Part shown: piece by piece, positions 1 to 15,100 of the stretch
Position numbering within the stretch: position 1 is the stretch's first letter
Layout of the letters: every line of letters starts with the position of its first letter
Source: Schmidtea polychroa
Lineage: Eukaryota
Length of the DNA: 64,000 nucleotides
Direction of reading: 5' to 3'
Assembly: GCA_044892525.1 (NCBI GenBank)
Contig: CM097885.1
Location: 25,670,001 to 25,734,000, forward strand
Translations under genes and position numbers: made by a program
The notes under the pieces: model-generated
What the model saw: only the letters and a program-made list of their open reading frames with translations
Databases searched by the model: none
What the model was told of the DNA's origin: nothing

Positions 1-1129
1 TAAGTATTTTTTTAAAAGTAATACATGTACTCAAATTGATTGACTGATTTCTCAATATATTCAAAAAAAATCAGTATAAATTCATTACAATTATCAAAGT
101 CAGCAATCTACAATAAAAATAATTATCATAAAATTCCAAAAGACACTGATAACTAATGATAACATCTAATAAACCAGTAAATTTATTTAAATGACAATAA
201 TTGGTATATCCTAGTGAATTCTCCAATTTCTCATTTCCTCCCAAATATATCAATATGTAAAGATTGGTATTGTAATGATAAATACTTGTTAAGGATCATA
301 TATTCACCTCAAACTAACAAGATTCCTTAAAATCCCTTAAATGACTATATTTCTACCCTTAATTCATATTATTACAAATATTTCACTAAAATCATCTAAA
401 AAGCATCAAATTTCATTGAAATAACTCTATCTTTTAAGATTAGTATTTTATCGATAAATATCCTTAAAAGGTTATATATTTACCTCAGACTAATAAGATT
501 GCTTAAAATTCCCTTTAAATGACTTTAATTCCTATTATCACGAATATTTCCCTATAAAACATGTAAAATAATTTGGTCATTAACCCTAAATAATTTATAA
601 AATCTAATGATAAAACTGGTTATAATTAATTTTTTGTTAATAACTGTACTCGATATTTTAAATAAATATTACTACAATATAACTGACTAGGTCCCATTGA
701 AAGATTTATCCATTCAATAAAATATATTTCTTCAAATGATCATTTTTACCAATATTCAACCGATTTAATTACTAATTAAAATCAAGATTTCTTCCAATAA
801 AGATCAATTTTTTTAGTCGATGTTTTAAGTCCATATTTATCAACTTTTGTCATTCTCCCTCTTAAATAAAGATAAAAATAATTTAAAGTTGATATTTCAT
901 TGTCAAAACCAAGTAAATCGGTCATTAACACTACTTAATAAAACCCTGGATAATTAAAAGAAAATTTAATAAAACATTGTTCTAAAACATAAATCTAAAT
1001 TAATATACAATGAATTAATCACAACCTAATAAAACGATATAATTATTAGTGATTCATAACTGACTAATTGCAATTTCCCTTAAAACATTGATATTTTACC
1101 AACATTACCCATGTAAATATTCAAAAGAT

Positions 1130-1400
1130 TCCCATCGAAACCCATCCCTCATTAAAAGCAACCGACTATATCTTTCTTAAAATGAAATATTTCCCATATT
1201 AACCGACTATATCCCCATTAAAAAATCATATATTCCCACCTTATCTGATCTCTCATTAAATCTAACCGACTATATCCCTTTAAAAATCATATATTCCCAT
1301 CTTAACCCATCCCTCATTAAATTTAACCGACAATATCCCATCTTATCCGATCTCTCAGCAAATAATTCTACCCTTTTAAACATCTATCCGATTATATCCC
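1130..1400 (+). repeat. C-rich degenerate minisatellite (aaccgactatatccc core) inside the 6.67 kb unit
   Basis: aaccgactatat/aaccgacaatat recurs at ~1160, 1201, 1264 and 1325. Present in each unit copy. Confidence 0.8.
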
Positions 1401-2149
1401 TTATTTTCCCTAAAGATTCCGCCAACTTGAGCCTTTTAATATATATCAATCCTCTTAAAATCCTCAGAGAAATTCAAAAATATGACTTAACTGTTATAGA
1501 CACCAGACATTCTTCCATTGAAATAATTTAGAAGCTATGTAGTAAGAGCCCGCTGAAAGGTCAAAATTCACTAAAATTTTCTACAAATATTTAACCCATC
1601 AAATACTAGAGATGATATATATTGATTGAACATAATTCTTCAACGATTCAACCAAGCATTTTCAAGCAATAATAGGAAACTAAATTTCAAGTAAGTTAAC
1701 TGGTTTCTTAGCTTATGTTTTTTAAAGTTCATCAATGAGTAAATATTCTTAGAAAATTATTGAAAAAATTATTTAGTCAAATACATTACAAAGTTATCAT
1801 CAAAAATCACTTAATTATTAACCTAATTGTCAATGAAATTAATTTTTATTTAAAAACTATTCAATAAAATACAACTAATTATCAAGAAATTAATTAAATT
1901 TATCAATTAAATTTATCAGTCAACATGAAAGTTTTAGAAAATTGTTCAATATCCTCATAAAAATTTATCATATCACTTGATTATTGTAAAAACTCTAATT
2001 ATTAACCTCATTGAAAATAATTTTTATTTAAAATTTAAAAAAAAACAAGTCAATAAAAATACATCCAATTATCAAGAAATTAATTAAATTTATCTTAGAA
2101 TTAGCATTAAATTATTAAATATTCATTCAATAAACATCAAATTTGCAAA

Positions 2150-2418
2150 AATGTTAGAAATCCACAAAAATAATAGAAATTTACAAAAATCAAAGAAATT
2201 CACAAAAATGATAGAAATCCACAAAAATAATAGAAATTTACAAAAATGATAAAAATTCATTAAAATGATAGATATCCACAAAAATTACTGATATTCACAA
2301 AAAATTATGGAAATTCACAAGAATAATAGAAATTCACAAAAAATGATGGAAATCCACAAAAAACGATAAAAATTTACAAAAAATGATAGAAATTCATAAA
2401 AATGATAGAAATTTACTT
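2150..2418 (+). repeat. ~19-20 bp minisatellite (gatagaaattcacaaaaaat) inside the unit
   Basis: About a dozen degenerate tandem copies of agaaat(t/c)(c/t)acaaaaa. Confidence 0.85.
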
Positions 2419-3596
2419 GAATAAAACCATCAACTCTAAAAATTATCAATGAATGCCATACAAATTTGCCTAAATAATCATTCAAATAAAAGCATTAAAT
2501 ATCTTTACGACTAATACCCTTGCGACTTGTTGAATGTGAGTAGTACCCTTGTGAGCAATACCCATAGGGGGACAGAATATTTTGTCGGATAAACTCACAG
2601 TATATATTAATTAACTCATTCTTCATTGAATTAGTAAAATTATCATAATTTCGATAAAAATTCTAATGTGGTAAGCAATGTAAAAGACAATTATTCTTTA
2701 AACTTTGATAAAATTAACAATGAAGGTGGTAAGAATCTTCATTAAAGTGAGGAAATTACTCGATGATAAATTCAAATGGGTGAAAATAATTGGTAGAATA
2801 ATTCATTAATGGATCATGAGAGGAAAATACTGAGAAGTAGTATAGATAAGATGAAGGTTGATAAGAATGGATGTATTGCAACTATTTTCTAAAAATTAAC
2901 ACTTTAATAAAAGAAAAACTTTTAAAACAAATATTTGTGGGGAAGTGAATAATTAATCAAAATCGGCGGAATATAAGTAGAAAATCGGGGTGGGGGTTAT
3001 AGGCGAATAATTAATGGTAATCAATGGTAAAAAATTTTAAATAAGTAAATTAATGTATTAATTTTTAAATAAGTAAATTAAAGTAATGTAATAAGTAAAT
3101 TAAAGTAAGATTTTAAAATTTAATTACAAAATAATAGAAGGTGTTTGAGAATTGAAATTTTTTGATGAAAATTTTGAAATACCAAGTACATACAACCAAC
3201 ATCAACCAGGTACTAAGCATTATCAACCAAGTACTAACAACCAAGTAACTTACCTAGTACTAAGCACTGTCAACTAGATACCAAACACTTACAACCAGAT
3301 GACCACATGAAATTATTGGTTAAATATGAAAATAAGGATTATATTTAGTTGTTAAGTAAATTATGGTGTAAAATTAAGAAATAAATAATAATTAGGTAAA
3401 TTAAAGTTAAAAATTTTAAATAAGTAAATTAAGGTTCAAAATTTAAAATTAAGTATCCAATGGTTCAAATTTTAAATTAAAGCTAAATAAGTAAATTAAA
3501 GTAAGATTTTTAAATTTATTATCAAAAGATTGAATAACCACCAACTTTTTTTGAGAAATGTAATTTATAATGAAAATTTAAATGGAAATTTTAATG

Positions 3597-3653
<57 letters not shown>

Positions 3654-4124
3654 CAATAATAATAACAATAATAATAATAATAATTCAACAGTTACCAACA
3701 ATCGGTTACTAAATATTTTTAACTAGGTGCTAACAAATACTTTCAACATGATACCACGTACTAACTAACTCTCAAACAACCACATACTTACAACTAACTA
3801 CTTACAATCAACTAAATATTCTTTATTGTATTTTATGAAATGCTTTTTAAATTAATATTTTTTATACAGCTTCTATAATAATTTTAATTACAATCAGTAG
3901 AAAAACCTTTTCAAAATGTCTAAATTTAACAAAAATGTAGATTTTCATCAAAAAATGAATAATTGTCAACTCTAACACCACGTGGAATTCAAAATAATTT
4001 TAATTACAATGAAAGACTAATGAATTCTAATTTACAAAACATTCTTCTTTTAAATGATAACTACTGACTTATTATTGCAATGTAAAAATCGCATTCAATA
4101 AATACTTATTGTTGATCAGTTTTA

Positions 4125-4250
4125 TTATATAAACTCTGAGTTTATCCGACAGGATGTTTTGACCCCCTAAGGGTACAGTTCGTAAGGGTACTGGTCGTAA
4201 GGGTACTGGTCGTAAGGGTATTAGTCGTAAGGGTATTGATCACTCTCAAT
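4125..4250 (+). repeat. Cassette with 15 bp tandem repeat (cgtaagggtactggt)n; direct copy at ~5893-6020, inverted degenerate copy at ~2505-2610
   Basis: ctgagtttatccgacaggatgttttgaccccctaaggg is followed by 4-5 15-mers. The reverse complement is recognisable at 2505-2610. Confidence 0.88.
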
Positions 4251-4269
4251 CCCCACCTACTCATTAATT

Positions 4270-5015
4270 AGCTACCATGTACTAACCACTAGGTTTCAAA
4301 CAACTAAATACTAAACACTTACAACCATGTACTAACAACCAGTTACCTGATACCTAGTACTTACAACTAGTTACTAACAACCAAAAACAAGCAACCAACT
4401 AGGTACCAAGTACTAACAACCAAAAACAACTAGCTAACAACTAGATACCAAGTACCTACAACCACCTACCTATTAACTAGCTACCAAGTACTTACAACTA
4501 GCTACGACCTACCAAGTACTAACAACTAACAACAACCAGGTACTAAGCATTATCAACCAAGTACCTAAAACCACGTATCAAATACATACAACCAACATCA
4601 ACCAGGTACCTACAACTAGATACTAACAAACAGTTACCAAGTACCTACAACCACCTACCCATTAACTAGTTACAACCAGCTAACAACTAGCTACCAAGTA
4701 CTAACAACCAACAACCAGCTAACAACTAACTACCAGATACCTACTACTTACAACCAACAACTAAGTACTAACAACCAGCTAACAACTAGATACCAGGTAC
4801 TAAGCATTATCAACCAAGTACCTACAACTAGATACTAACAACTAGATACCAAGTACCTACAACCACCTACCTATTAACTAGCTACTAGTTACTGACAACT
4901 AGATACCAAGTACATACAACCAACATCAACCAGGTACTAAGCATTATCAACCAAGTACTAACAACCAAGTACAAGATACCTAGTACTGTCAACTAGATAC
5001 CAAACACTTACAACC
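4270..5015 (+). repeat. A/C-rich cryptic simple repeat (ccaagtactaacaa / caactagata motifs)
   Basis: Dense shuffled short motifs with strong strand asymmetry (C much more frequent than G on +). Confidence 0.85.
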
Positions 5016-5399
5016 AGATGACCACATGAAATTATTGGTTAAATATGAAAATAAGGGTTATAATTAGTTGTTTAGTAAATTATGGTGTAAAATTAAGTAA
5101 TAAAGCATAAATAGGTAAATTAAGGATAAGTAAATTAAAGTTAAAAAATTAAATTAAAGTTAATTAAGGTCCAAATTTTAAAAATAAGTAATCAATGTTC
5201 TAAAAAATTAAATTAAAGTTAAATAAGTAAATTAAAGTAATAATTTTTAAAGAATTTAATTAAAGTAATAATTTTTAAATAAGTAATGTAATAAGTAAAT
5301 TAAAGTAAGATTTTTAAATTTATTATCAAAAGATTGAATAACCACCAACTTTTTTGAGAAATGTAATTTTTAATGAAAATTTAAATGGAAATTTAAATG

Positions 5400-5474
<75 letters not shown>

Positions 5475-8400
5475 TACTAATAATTCAACCGTTACCAACA
5501 ATCAGTTACTGATTATTTTTTAACTAGGTGCTAACAAATACTTACACCATGATACCACGTACTAACTAACTCTCAAACAACCAGATACTTACAACTAACT
5601 ACTAAATATTCTTTATTGTATTTTATGAAATGCTTTTTAAATTAATTTTTTATCTATCTTCAAAAATATATTTAATTACAATCATTAGAAAAACCTTTTC
5701 AAATTTAACAAAAATGTTGATTTTCATCAAAAAACCACAACTCATCACCACGTGGAATTCAAAATAATTTTAATTACAATGAAAGACTAATGAATTCTAA
5801 TTTACAAAACATTCTTCTTTTAAATGATAACTACTGACTTATTATTGCAAAGTAAAAATCGCATTCAATAAATACTTATTGTTGATCAGTTTTATTATAT
5901 ATACTCTGAGTTTATCCGACAGGATGTTTTGACCCCCTAAGGGTACAGGTCGTAAGGGTACTGGTCGTAAGGGTATTAGTCGTAAGGGTACTGGTCGAAA
6001 GGATATTGCTAACTCTCAACCCCAACCTACCCATTAACCACCTAACAAGTACCAACAACCAAGTCTCAAACAACTAAATACTAAACACTTACAACCATGT
6101 ACTAACAACCACCATCAAAACCCATCGAGAAATTAACAAATATCAACCTACAACTAGATACTTACAACCAGATACCTGCTACCAAGTACTTACAACAAGA
6201 TACCAAGTACCAACAATCAACTAACCACACATAAAAATAATAGCAATTAAATAAAAAAAATATTCTTCATCGCATACACTATTTTCTTATCAAAATCTAA
6301 AAAGTCAATCAGATACCAACTACCAAGTACCAAGTACTAACAACCAACTACCTAGAACCAACAACTATGTACTAACAAATTGATCTTTAAAAGAAAAATA
6401 CTCATCACTTGAAAAATTAGATGGAAAATTAATTGAACTCAAGGCATCAATAACTAGGTAAAAATTGATTAAATTATTGTAAAAATTTAAAATATTCGAA
6501 ATAAATATCATAAAAATTTAATTAATGGACAGGAAAAAATTCTAGTCATCAAGTAAATAAAAAAAATATTGATCATTCAAGTTGAATCAACTAAGATAAT
6601 AAATTAATAAGATAAGATCTAGTAGATAATTGATTTAGATTGAATAAATTAATTGAAATAAAATTAATTTTAAGTATTTTTTTAAAAGTAATACATGTAC
6701 TCAAATTGATTGACTGATTTCTCAATATATTCAAAAAAAATCAGTATAAATTCATTACAATTATCAAAGTCAGCAATCTACAATAAAAATAATTATCATA
6801 AAATTCCAAAAGACACTGATAACTAATGATAACATCTAATAAACCAGTAAATTTATTTAAATGACAATAATTGGTATATCCTAGTGAATTCTCCAATTTC
6901 TCATTTCCTCCCAAATATATCAATATGTAAAGATTGGTATTGTAATGATAAATACTTGTTAAGGATCATATATTCACCTCAAACTAACAAGATTCCTTAA
7001 AATCCCTTAAATGACTATATTTCTACCCTTAATTCATATTATTACAAATATTTCACTAAAATCATCTAAAAAGCATCAAATTTCATTGAAATAACTCTAT
7101 CTTTTAAGATTAGTATTTTATCGATAAATATCCTTAAAAGGTTATATATTTACCTCAGACTAATAAGATTGCTTAAAATTCCCTTTAAATGACTTTAATT
7201 CCTATTATCACGAATATTTCCCTATAAAACATGTAAAATAATTTGGTCATTAACCCTAAATAATTTATAAAATCTAATGATAAAACTGGTTATAATTAAT
7301 TTTTTGTTAATAACTGTACTCGATATTTTAAATAAATATTACTACAATATAACTGACTAGGTCCCATTGAAAGATTTATCCATTCAATAAAATATATTTC
7401 TTCAAATGATCATTTTTACCAATATTCAACCGATTTAATTACTAATTAAAATCAAGATTTCTTCCAATAAAGATCAATTTTTTTAGTCGATGTTTTAAGT
7501 CCATATTTATCAACTTTTGTCATTCTCCCTCTTAAATAAAGATAAAAATAATTTAAAGTTGATATTTCATTGTCAAAACCAAGTAAATCGGTCATTAACA
7601 CTACTTAATAAAACCCTGGATAATTAAAAGAAAATTTAATAAAACATTGTTCTAAAACATAAATCTAAATTAATATACAATGAATTAATCACAACCTAAT
7701 AAAACGATATAATTATTAGTGATTCATAACTGACTAATTGCAATTTCCCTTAAAACATTGATATTTTACCAACATTACCCATGTAAATATTCAAAAGATT
7801 CCCATCGAAACCCATCCCTCATTAAAAGCAACCGACTATATCTTTCTTAAAATGAAATATTTCCCATATTAACCGACTATATCCCCATTAAAAAATCATA
7901 TATTCCCACCTTATCTGATCTCTCATTAAATCTAACCGACTATATCCCTTTAAAAATCATATATTCCCATCTTAACCCATCCCTCATTAAATTTAACCGA
8001 CAATATCCCATCTTATCCGATCTCTCAGCAAATAATTCTACCCTTTTAAACATCTATCCGATTATATCCCTTATTTTCCCTAAAGATTCCGCCAACTTGA
8101 GCCTTTTAATATATATCAATCCTCTTAAAATCCTCAGAGAAATTCAAAAATATGACTTAACTGTTATAGACACCAGACATTCTTCCATTGAAATAATTTA
8201 GAAGCTATGTAGTAAGAGCCCGCTGAAAGGTCAAAATTCACTAAAATTTTCTACAAATATTTAACCCATCAAATACTAGAGATGATATATATTGATTGAA
8301 CATAATTCTTCAACGATTCAACCAAGCATTTTCAAGCAATAATAGGAAACTAAATTTCAAGTAAGTTAACTGGTTTCTTAGCTTATGTTTTTTAAAGTTC

Positions 8401-9686
8401 ATCAATGAGTAAATATTCTTAGAAAATTATTGAAAAAATTATTTAGTCAAATACATTACAAAGTTATCATCAAAAATCACTTAATTATTAACCTAATTGT
8501 CAATGAAATTAATTTTTATTTAAAAACTATTCAATAAAATACAACTAATTATCAAGAAATTAATTAAATTTATCAATTAAATTTATCAGTCAACATGAAA
8601 GTTTTAGAAAATTGTTCAATATCCTCATAAAAATTTATCATATCACTTGATTATTGTAAAAACTCTAATTATTAACCTCATTGAAAATAATTTTTATTTA
8701 AAATTTAAAAAAAAACAAGTCAATAAAAATACATCCAATTATCAAGAAATTAATTAAATTTATCTTAGAATTAGCATTAAATTATTAAATATTCATTCAA
8801 TAAACATCAAATTTGCAAAAATGTTAGAAATCCACAAAAATAATAGAAATTTACAAAAATCAAAGAAATTCACAAAAATGATAGAAATCCACAAAAATAA
8901 TAGAAATTTACAAAAATGATAAAAATTCATTAAAATGATAGATATCCACAAAAATTACTGATATTCACAAAAAATTATGGAAATTCACAAGAATAATAGA
9001 AATTCACAAAAAATGATGGAAATCCACAAAAAACGATAAAAATTTACAAAAAATGATAGAAATTCATAAAAATGATAGAAATTTACTTGAATAAAACCAT
9101 CAACTCTAAAAATTATCAATGAATGCCATACAAATTTGCCTAAATAATCATTCAAATAAAAGCATTAAATATCTTTACGACTAATACCCTTGCGACTTGT
9201 TGAATGTGAGTAGTACCCTTGTGAGCAATACCCATAGGGGGACAGAATATTTTGTCGGATAAACTCACAGTATATATTAATTAACTCATTCTTCATTGAA
9301 TTAGTAAAATTATCATAATTTCGATAAAAATTCTAATGTGGTAAGCAATGTAAAAGACAATTATTCTTTAAACTTTGATAAAATTAACAATGAAGGTGGT
9401 AAGAATCTTCATTAAAGTGAGGAAATTACTCGATGATAAATTCAAATGGGTGAAAATAATTGGTAGAATAATTCATTAATGGATCATGAGAGGAAAATAC
9501 TGAGAAGTAGTATAGATAAGATGAAGGTTGATAAGAATGGATGTATTGCAACTATTTTCTAAAAATTAACACTTTAATAAAAGAAAAACTTTTAAAACAA
9601 ATATTTGTGGGGAAGTGAATAATTAATCAAAATCGGCGGAATATAAGTAGAAAATCGGGGTGGGGGTTATAGGCGAATAATTAATG

Positions 9687-10266
9687 GTAATCAATGGTAA
9701 AAAATTTTAAATAAGTAAATTAATGTATTAATTTTTAAATAAGTAAATTAAAGTAATGTAATAAGTAAATTAAAGTAAGATTTTAAAATTTAATTACAAA
9801 ATAATAGAAGGTGTTTGAGAATTGAAATTTTTTGATGAAAATTTTGAAATACCAAGTACATACAACCAACATCAACCAGGTACTAAGCATTATCAACCAA
9901 GTACTAACAACCAAGTAACTTACCTAGTACTAAGCACTGTCAACTAGATACCAAACACTTACAACCAGATGACCACATGAAATTATTGGTTAAATATGAA
10001 AATAAGGATTATATTTAGTTGTTAAGTAAATTATGGTGTAAAATTAAGAAATAAATAATAATTAGGTAAATTAAAGTTAAAAATTTTAAATAAGTAAATT
10101 AAGGTTCAAAATTTAAAATTAAGTATCCAATGGTTCAAATTTTAAATTAAAGCTAAATAAGTAAATTAAAGTAAGATTTTTAAATTTATTATCAAAAGAT
10201 TGAATAACCACCAACTTTTTTTGAGAAATGTAATTTATAATGAAAATTTAAATGGAAATTTTAATG

Positions 10267-10329
<63 letters not shown>

Positions 10330-12074
10330 CAATAATAATAACAATAATAATAATAATAATTCAACAGTTACCAACAATCGGTTACTAAATATTTTTAACT
10401 AGGTGCTAACAAATACTTTCAACATGATACCACGTACTAACTAACTCTCAAACAACCACATACTTACAACTAACTACTTACAATCAACTAAATATTCTTT
10501 ATTGTATTTTATGAAATGCTTTTTAAATTAATATTTTTTATACAGCTTCTATAATAATTTTAATTACAATCAGTAGAAAAACCTTTTCAAAATGTCTAAA
10601 TTTAACAAAAATGTAGATTTTCATCAAAAAATGAATAATTGTCAACTCTAACACCACGTGGAATTCAAAATAATTTTAATTACAATGAAAGACTAATGAA
10701 TTCTAATTTACAAAACATTCTTCTTTTAAATGATAACTACTGACTTATTATTGCAATGTAAAAATCGCATTCAATAAATACTTATTGTTGATCAGTTTTA
10801 TTATATAAACTCTGAGTTTATCCGACAGGATGTTTTGACCCCCTAAGGGTACAGTTCGTAAGGGTACTGGTCGTAAGGGTACTGGTCGTAAGGGTATTAG
10901 TCGTAAGGGTATTGATCACTCTCAATCCCCACCTACTCATTAATTAGCTACCATGTACTAACCACTAGGTTTCAAACAACTAAATACTAAACACTTACAA
11001 CCATGTACTAACAACCAGTTACCTGATACCTAGTACTTACAACTAGTTACTAACAACCAAAAACAAGCAACCAACTAGGTACCAAGTACTAACAACCAAA
11101 AACAACTAGCTAACAACTAGATACCAAGTACCTACAACCACCTACCTATTAACTAGCTACCAAGTACTTACAACTAGCTACGACCTACCAAGTACTAACA
11201 ACTAACAACAACCAGGTACTAAGCATTATCAACCAAGTACCTAAAACCACGTATCAAATACATACAACCAACATCAACCAGGTACCTACAACTAGATACT
11301 AACAAACAGTTACCAAGTACCTACAACCACCTACCCATTAACTAGTTACAACCAGCTAACAACTAGCTACCAAGTACTAACAACCAACAACCAGCTAACA
11401 ACTAACTACCAGATACCTACTACTTACAACCAACAACTAAGTACTAACAACCAGCTAACAACTAGATACCAGGTACTAAGCATTATCAACCAAGTACCTA
11501 CAACTAGATACTAACAACTAGATACCAAGTACCTACAACCACCTACCTATTAACTAGCTACTAGTTACTGACAACTAGATACCAAGTACATACAACCAAC
11601 ATCAACCAGGTACTAAGCATTATCAACCAAGTACTAACAACCAAGTACAAGATACCTAGTACTGTCAACTAGATACCAAACACTTACAACCAGATGACCA
11701 CATGAAATTATTGGTTAAATATGAAAATAAGGGTTATAATTAGTTGTTTAGTAAATTATGGTGTAAAATTAAGTAATAAAGCATAAATAGGTAAATTAAG
11801 GATAAGTAAATTAAAGTTAAAAAATTAAATTAAAGTTAATTAAGGTCCAAATTTTAAAAATAAGTAATCAATGTTCTAAAAAATTAAATTAAAGTTAAAT
11901 AAGTAAATTAAAGTAATAATTTTTAAAGAATTTAATTAAAGTAATAATTTTTAAATAAGTAATGTAATAAGTAAATTAAAGTAAGATTTTTAAATTTATT
12001 ATCAAAAGATTGAATAACCACAACTTTTTTGAGAAATGTAATTTTTAATGAAAATTTAAATGGAAATTTAAATG

Positions 12075-12149
<75 letters not shown>

Positions 12150-15100
12150 TACTAATAATTCAACCGTTACCAACAATCAGTTACTGATTATTTTTTAACT
12201 AGGTGCTAACAAATACTTACACCATGATACCACGTACTAACTAACTCTCAAACAACCAGATACTTACAACTAACTACTAAATATTCTTTATTGTATTTTA
12301 TGAAATGCTTTTTAAATTAATTTTTTATCTATCTTCAAAAATATATTTAATTACAATCATTAGAAAAACCTTTTTCAAATTAACAAAAATGTTGATTTTC
12401 ATCAAAAAACCACAACTCATCACCACGTGGAATTCAAAATAATTTTAATTACAATGAAAGACTAATGAATTCTAATTTACAAAACATTCTTCTTTTAAAT
12501 GATAACTACTGACTTATTATTGCAAAGTAAAAATCGCATTCAATAAATACTTATTGTTGATCAGTTTTATTATATATACTCTGAGTTTATCCGACAGGAT
12601 GTTTTGACCCCCTAAGGGTACAGGTCGTAAGGGTACTGGTCGTAAGGGTATTAGTCGTAAGGGTACTGGTCGAAAGGATATTGCTAACTCTCAACCCCAA
12701 CCTACCCATTAACCACCTAACAAGTACCAACAACCAAGTCTCAAACAACTAAATACTAAACACTTACAACCATGTACTAACAACCACCATCAAAACCCAT
12801 CGAGAAATTAACAAATATCAACCTACAACTAGATACTTACAACCAGATACCTGCTACCAAGTACTTACAACAAGATACCAAGTACCAACAATCAACTAAC
12901 CACACATAAAAATAATAGCAATTAAATAAAAAAAATATTCTTCATCGCATACACTATTTTCTTATCAAAATCTAAAAAGTCAATCAGATACCAACTACCA
13001 AGTACCAAGTACTAACAACCAACTACCTAGAACCAACAACTATGTACTAACAAATTGATCTTTAAAAGAAAAATACTCATCACTTGAAAAATTAGATGGA
13101 AAATTAATTGAACTCAAGGCATCAATAACTAGGTAAAAATTGATTAAATTATTGTAAAAATTTAAAATATTCGAAATAAATATCATAAAAATTTAATTAA
13201 TGGACAGGAAAAAATTCTAGTCATCAAGTAAATAAAAAAAATATTGATCATTCAAGTTGAATCAACTAAGATAATAAATTAATAAGATAAGATCTAGTAG
13301 ATAATTGATTTAGATTGAATAAATTAATTGAAATAAAATTAATTTTAAGTATTTTTTTAAAAGTAATACATGTACTCAAATTGATTGACTGATTTCTCAA
13401 TATATTCAAAAAAAATCAGTATAAATTCATTACAATTATCAAAGTCAGCAATCTACAATAAAAATAATTATCATAAAATTCCAAAAGACACTGATAACTA
13501 ATGATAACATCTAATAAACCAGTAAATTTATTTAAATGACAATAATTGGTATATCCTAGTGAATTCTCCAATTTCTCATTTCCTCCCAAATATATCAATA
13601 TGTAAAGATTGGTATTGTAATGATAAATACTTGTTAAGGATCATATATTCACCTCAAACTAACAAGATTCCTTAAAATCCCTTAAATGACTATATTTCTA
13701 CCCTTAATTCATATTATTACAAATATTTCACTAAAATCATCTAAAAAGCATCAAATTTCATTGAAATAACTCTATCTTTTAAGATTAGTATTTTATCGAT
13801 AAATATCCTTAAAAGGTTATATATTTACCTCAGACTAATAAGATTGCTTAAAATTCCCTTTAAATGACTTTAATTCCTATTATCACGAATATTTCCCTAT
13901 AAAACATGTAAAATAATTTGGTCATTAACCCTAAATAATTTATAAAATCTAATGATAAAACTGGTTATAATTAATTTTTTGTTAATAACTGTACTCGATA
14001 TTTTAAATAAATATTACTACAATATAACTGACTAGGTCCCATTGAAAGATTTATCCATTCAATAAAATATATTTCTTCAAATGATCATTTTTACCAATAT
14101 TCAACCGATTTAATTACTAATTAAAATCAAGATTTCTTCCAATAAAGATCAATTTTTTTAGTCGATGTTTTAAGTCCATATTTATCAACTTTTGTCATTC
14201 TCCCTCTTAAATAAAGATAAAAATAATTTAAAGTTGATATTTCATTGTCAAAACCAAGTAAATCGGTCATTAACACTACTTAATAAAACCCTGGATAATT
14301 AAAAGAAAATTTAATAAAACATTGTTCTAAAACATAAATCTAAATTAATATACAATGAATTAATCACAACCTAATAAAACGATATAATTATTAGTGATTC
14401 ATAACTGACTAATTGCAATTTCCCTTAAAACATTGATATTTTACCAACATTACCCATGTAAATATTCAAAAGATTCCCATCGAAACCCATCCCTCATTAA
14501 AAGCAACCGACTATATCTTTCTTAAAATGAAATATTTCCCATATTAACCGACTATATCCCCATTAAAAAATCATATATTCCCACCTTATCTGATCTCTCA
14601 TTAAATCTAACCGACTATATCCCTTTAAAAATCATATATTCCCATCTTAACCCATCCCTCATTAAATTTAACCGACAATATCCCATCTTATCCGATCTCT
14701 CAGCAAATAATTCTACCCTTTTAAACATCTATCCGATTATATCCCTTATTTTCCCTAAAGATTCCGCCAACTTGAGCCTTTTAATATATATCAATCCTCT
14801 TAAAATCCTCAGAGAAATTCAAAAATATGACTTAACTGTTATAGACACCAGACATTCTTCCATTGAAATAATTTAGAAGCTATGTAGTAAGAGCCCGCTG
14901 AAAGGTCAAAATTCACTAAAATTTTCTACAAATATTTAACCCATCAAATACTAGAGATGATATATATTGATTGAACATAATTCTTCAACGATTCAACCAA
15001 GCATTTTCAAGCAATAATAGGAAACTAAATTTCAAGTAAGTTAACTGGTTTCTTAGCTTATGTTTTTTAAAGTTCATCAATGAGTAAATATTCTTAGAAA

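Larger units (their letters stand above)
3179..6111 (+). repeat. Older internal direct duplication within the unit (3179-4341 vs 4903-6111)
   Basis: Shared blocks occur in the same order: gatgaccacatgaaattattgg, (AAT)n, caccacgtggaattc, the 15-mer cassette and aaacaactaaatactaaacacttac. The two copies are visibly more diverged than the 6.67 kb units are from each other. Confidence 0.9.

Noticed and set aside
71..253. 60-aa ORF repeated four times (also 6741, 13416, 20471)
   Set aside because: TTG start, no recognisable motif and AT-rich composition; its recurrence only reflects the repeat.
3530..3712. Poly-Ile ORFs (also 10200, 23679), poly-Tyr ORF 25921 and IY-repeat ORF 32884
   Set aside because: These are translations of (AAT)n, (ATT)n and (TA)n microsatellites.
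4165..4245. 15 bp repeats as a CRISPR array or telomeric repeat
   Set aside because: The repeats are directly adjacent with no unique spacers and no cas genes, in a eukaryotic context. TAAGGG sits inside a 15-mer, not in (TTAGGG)n.
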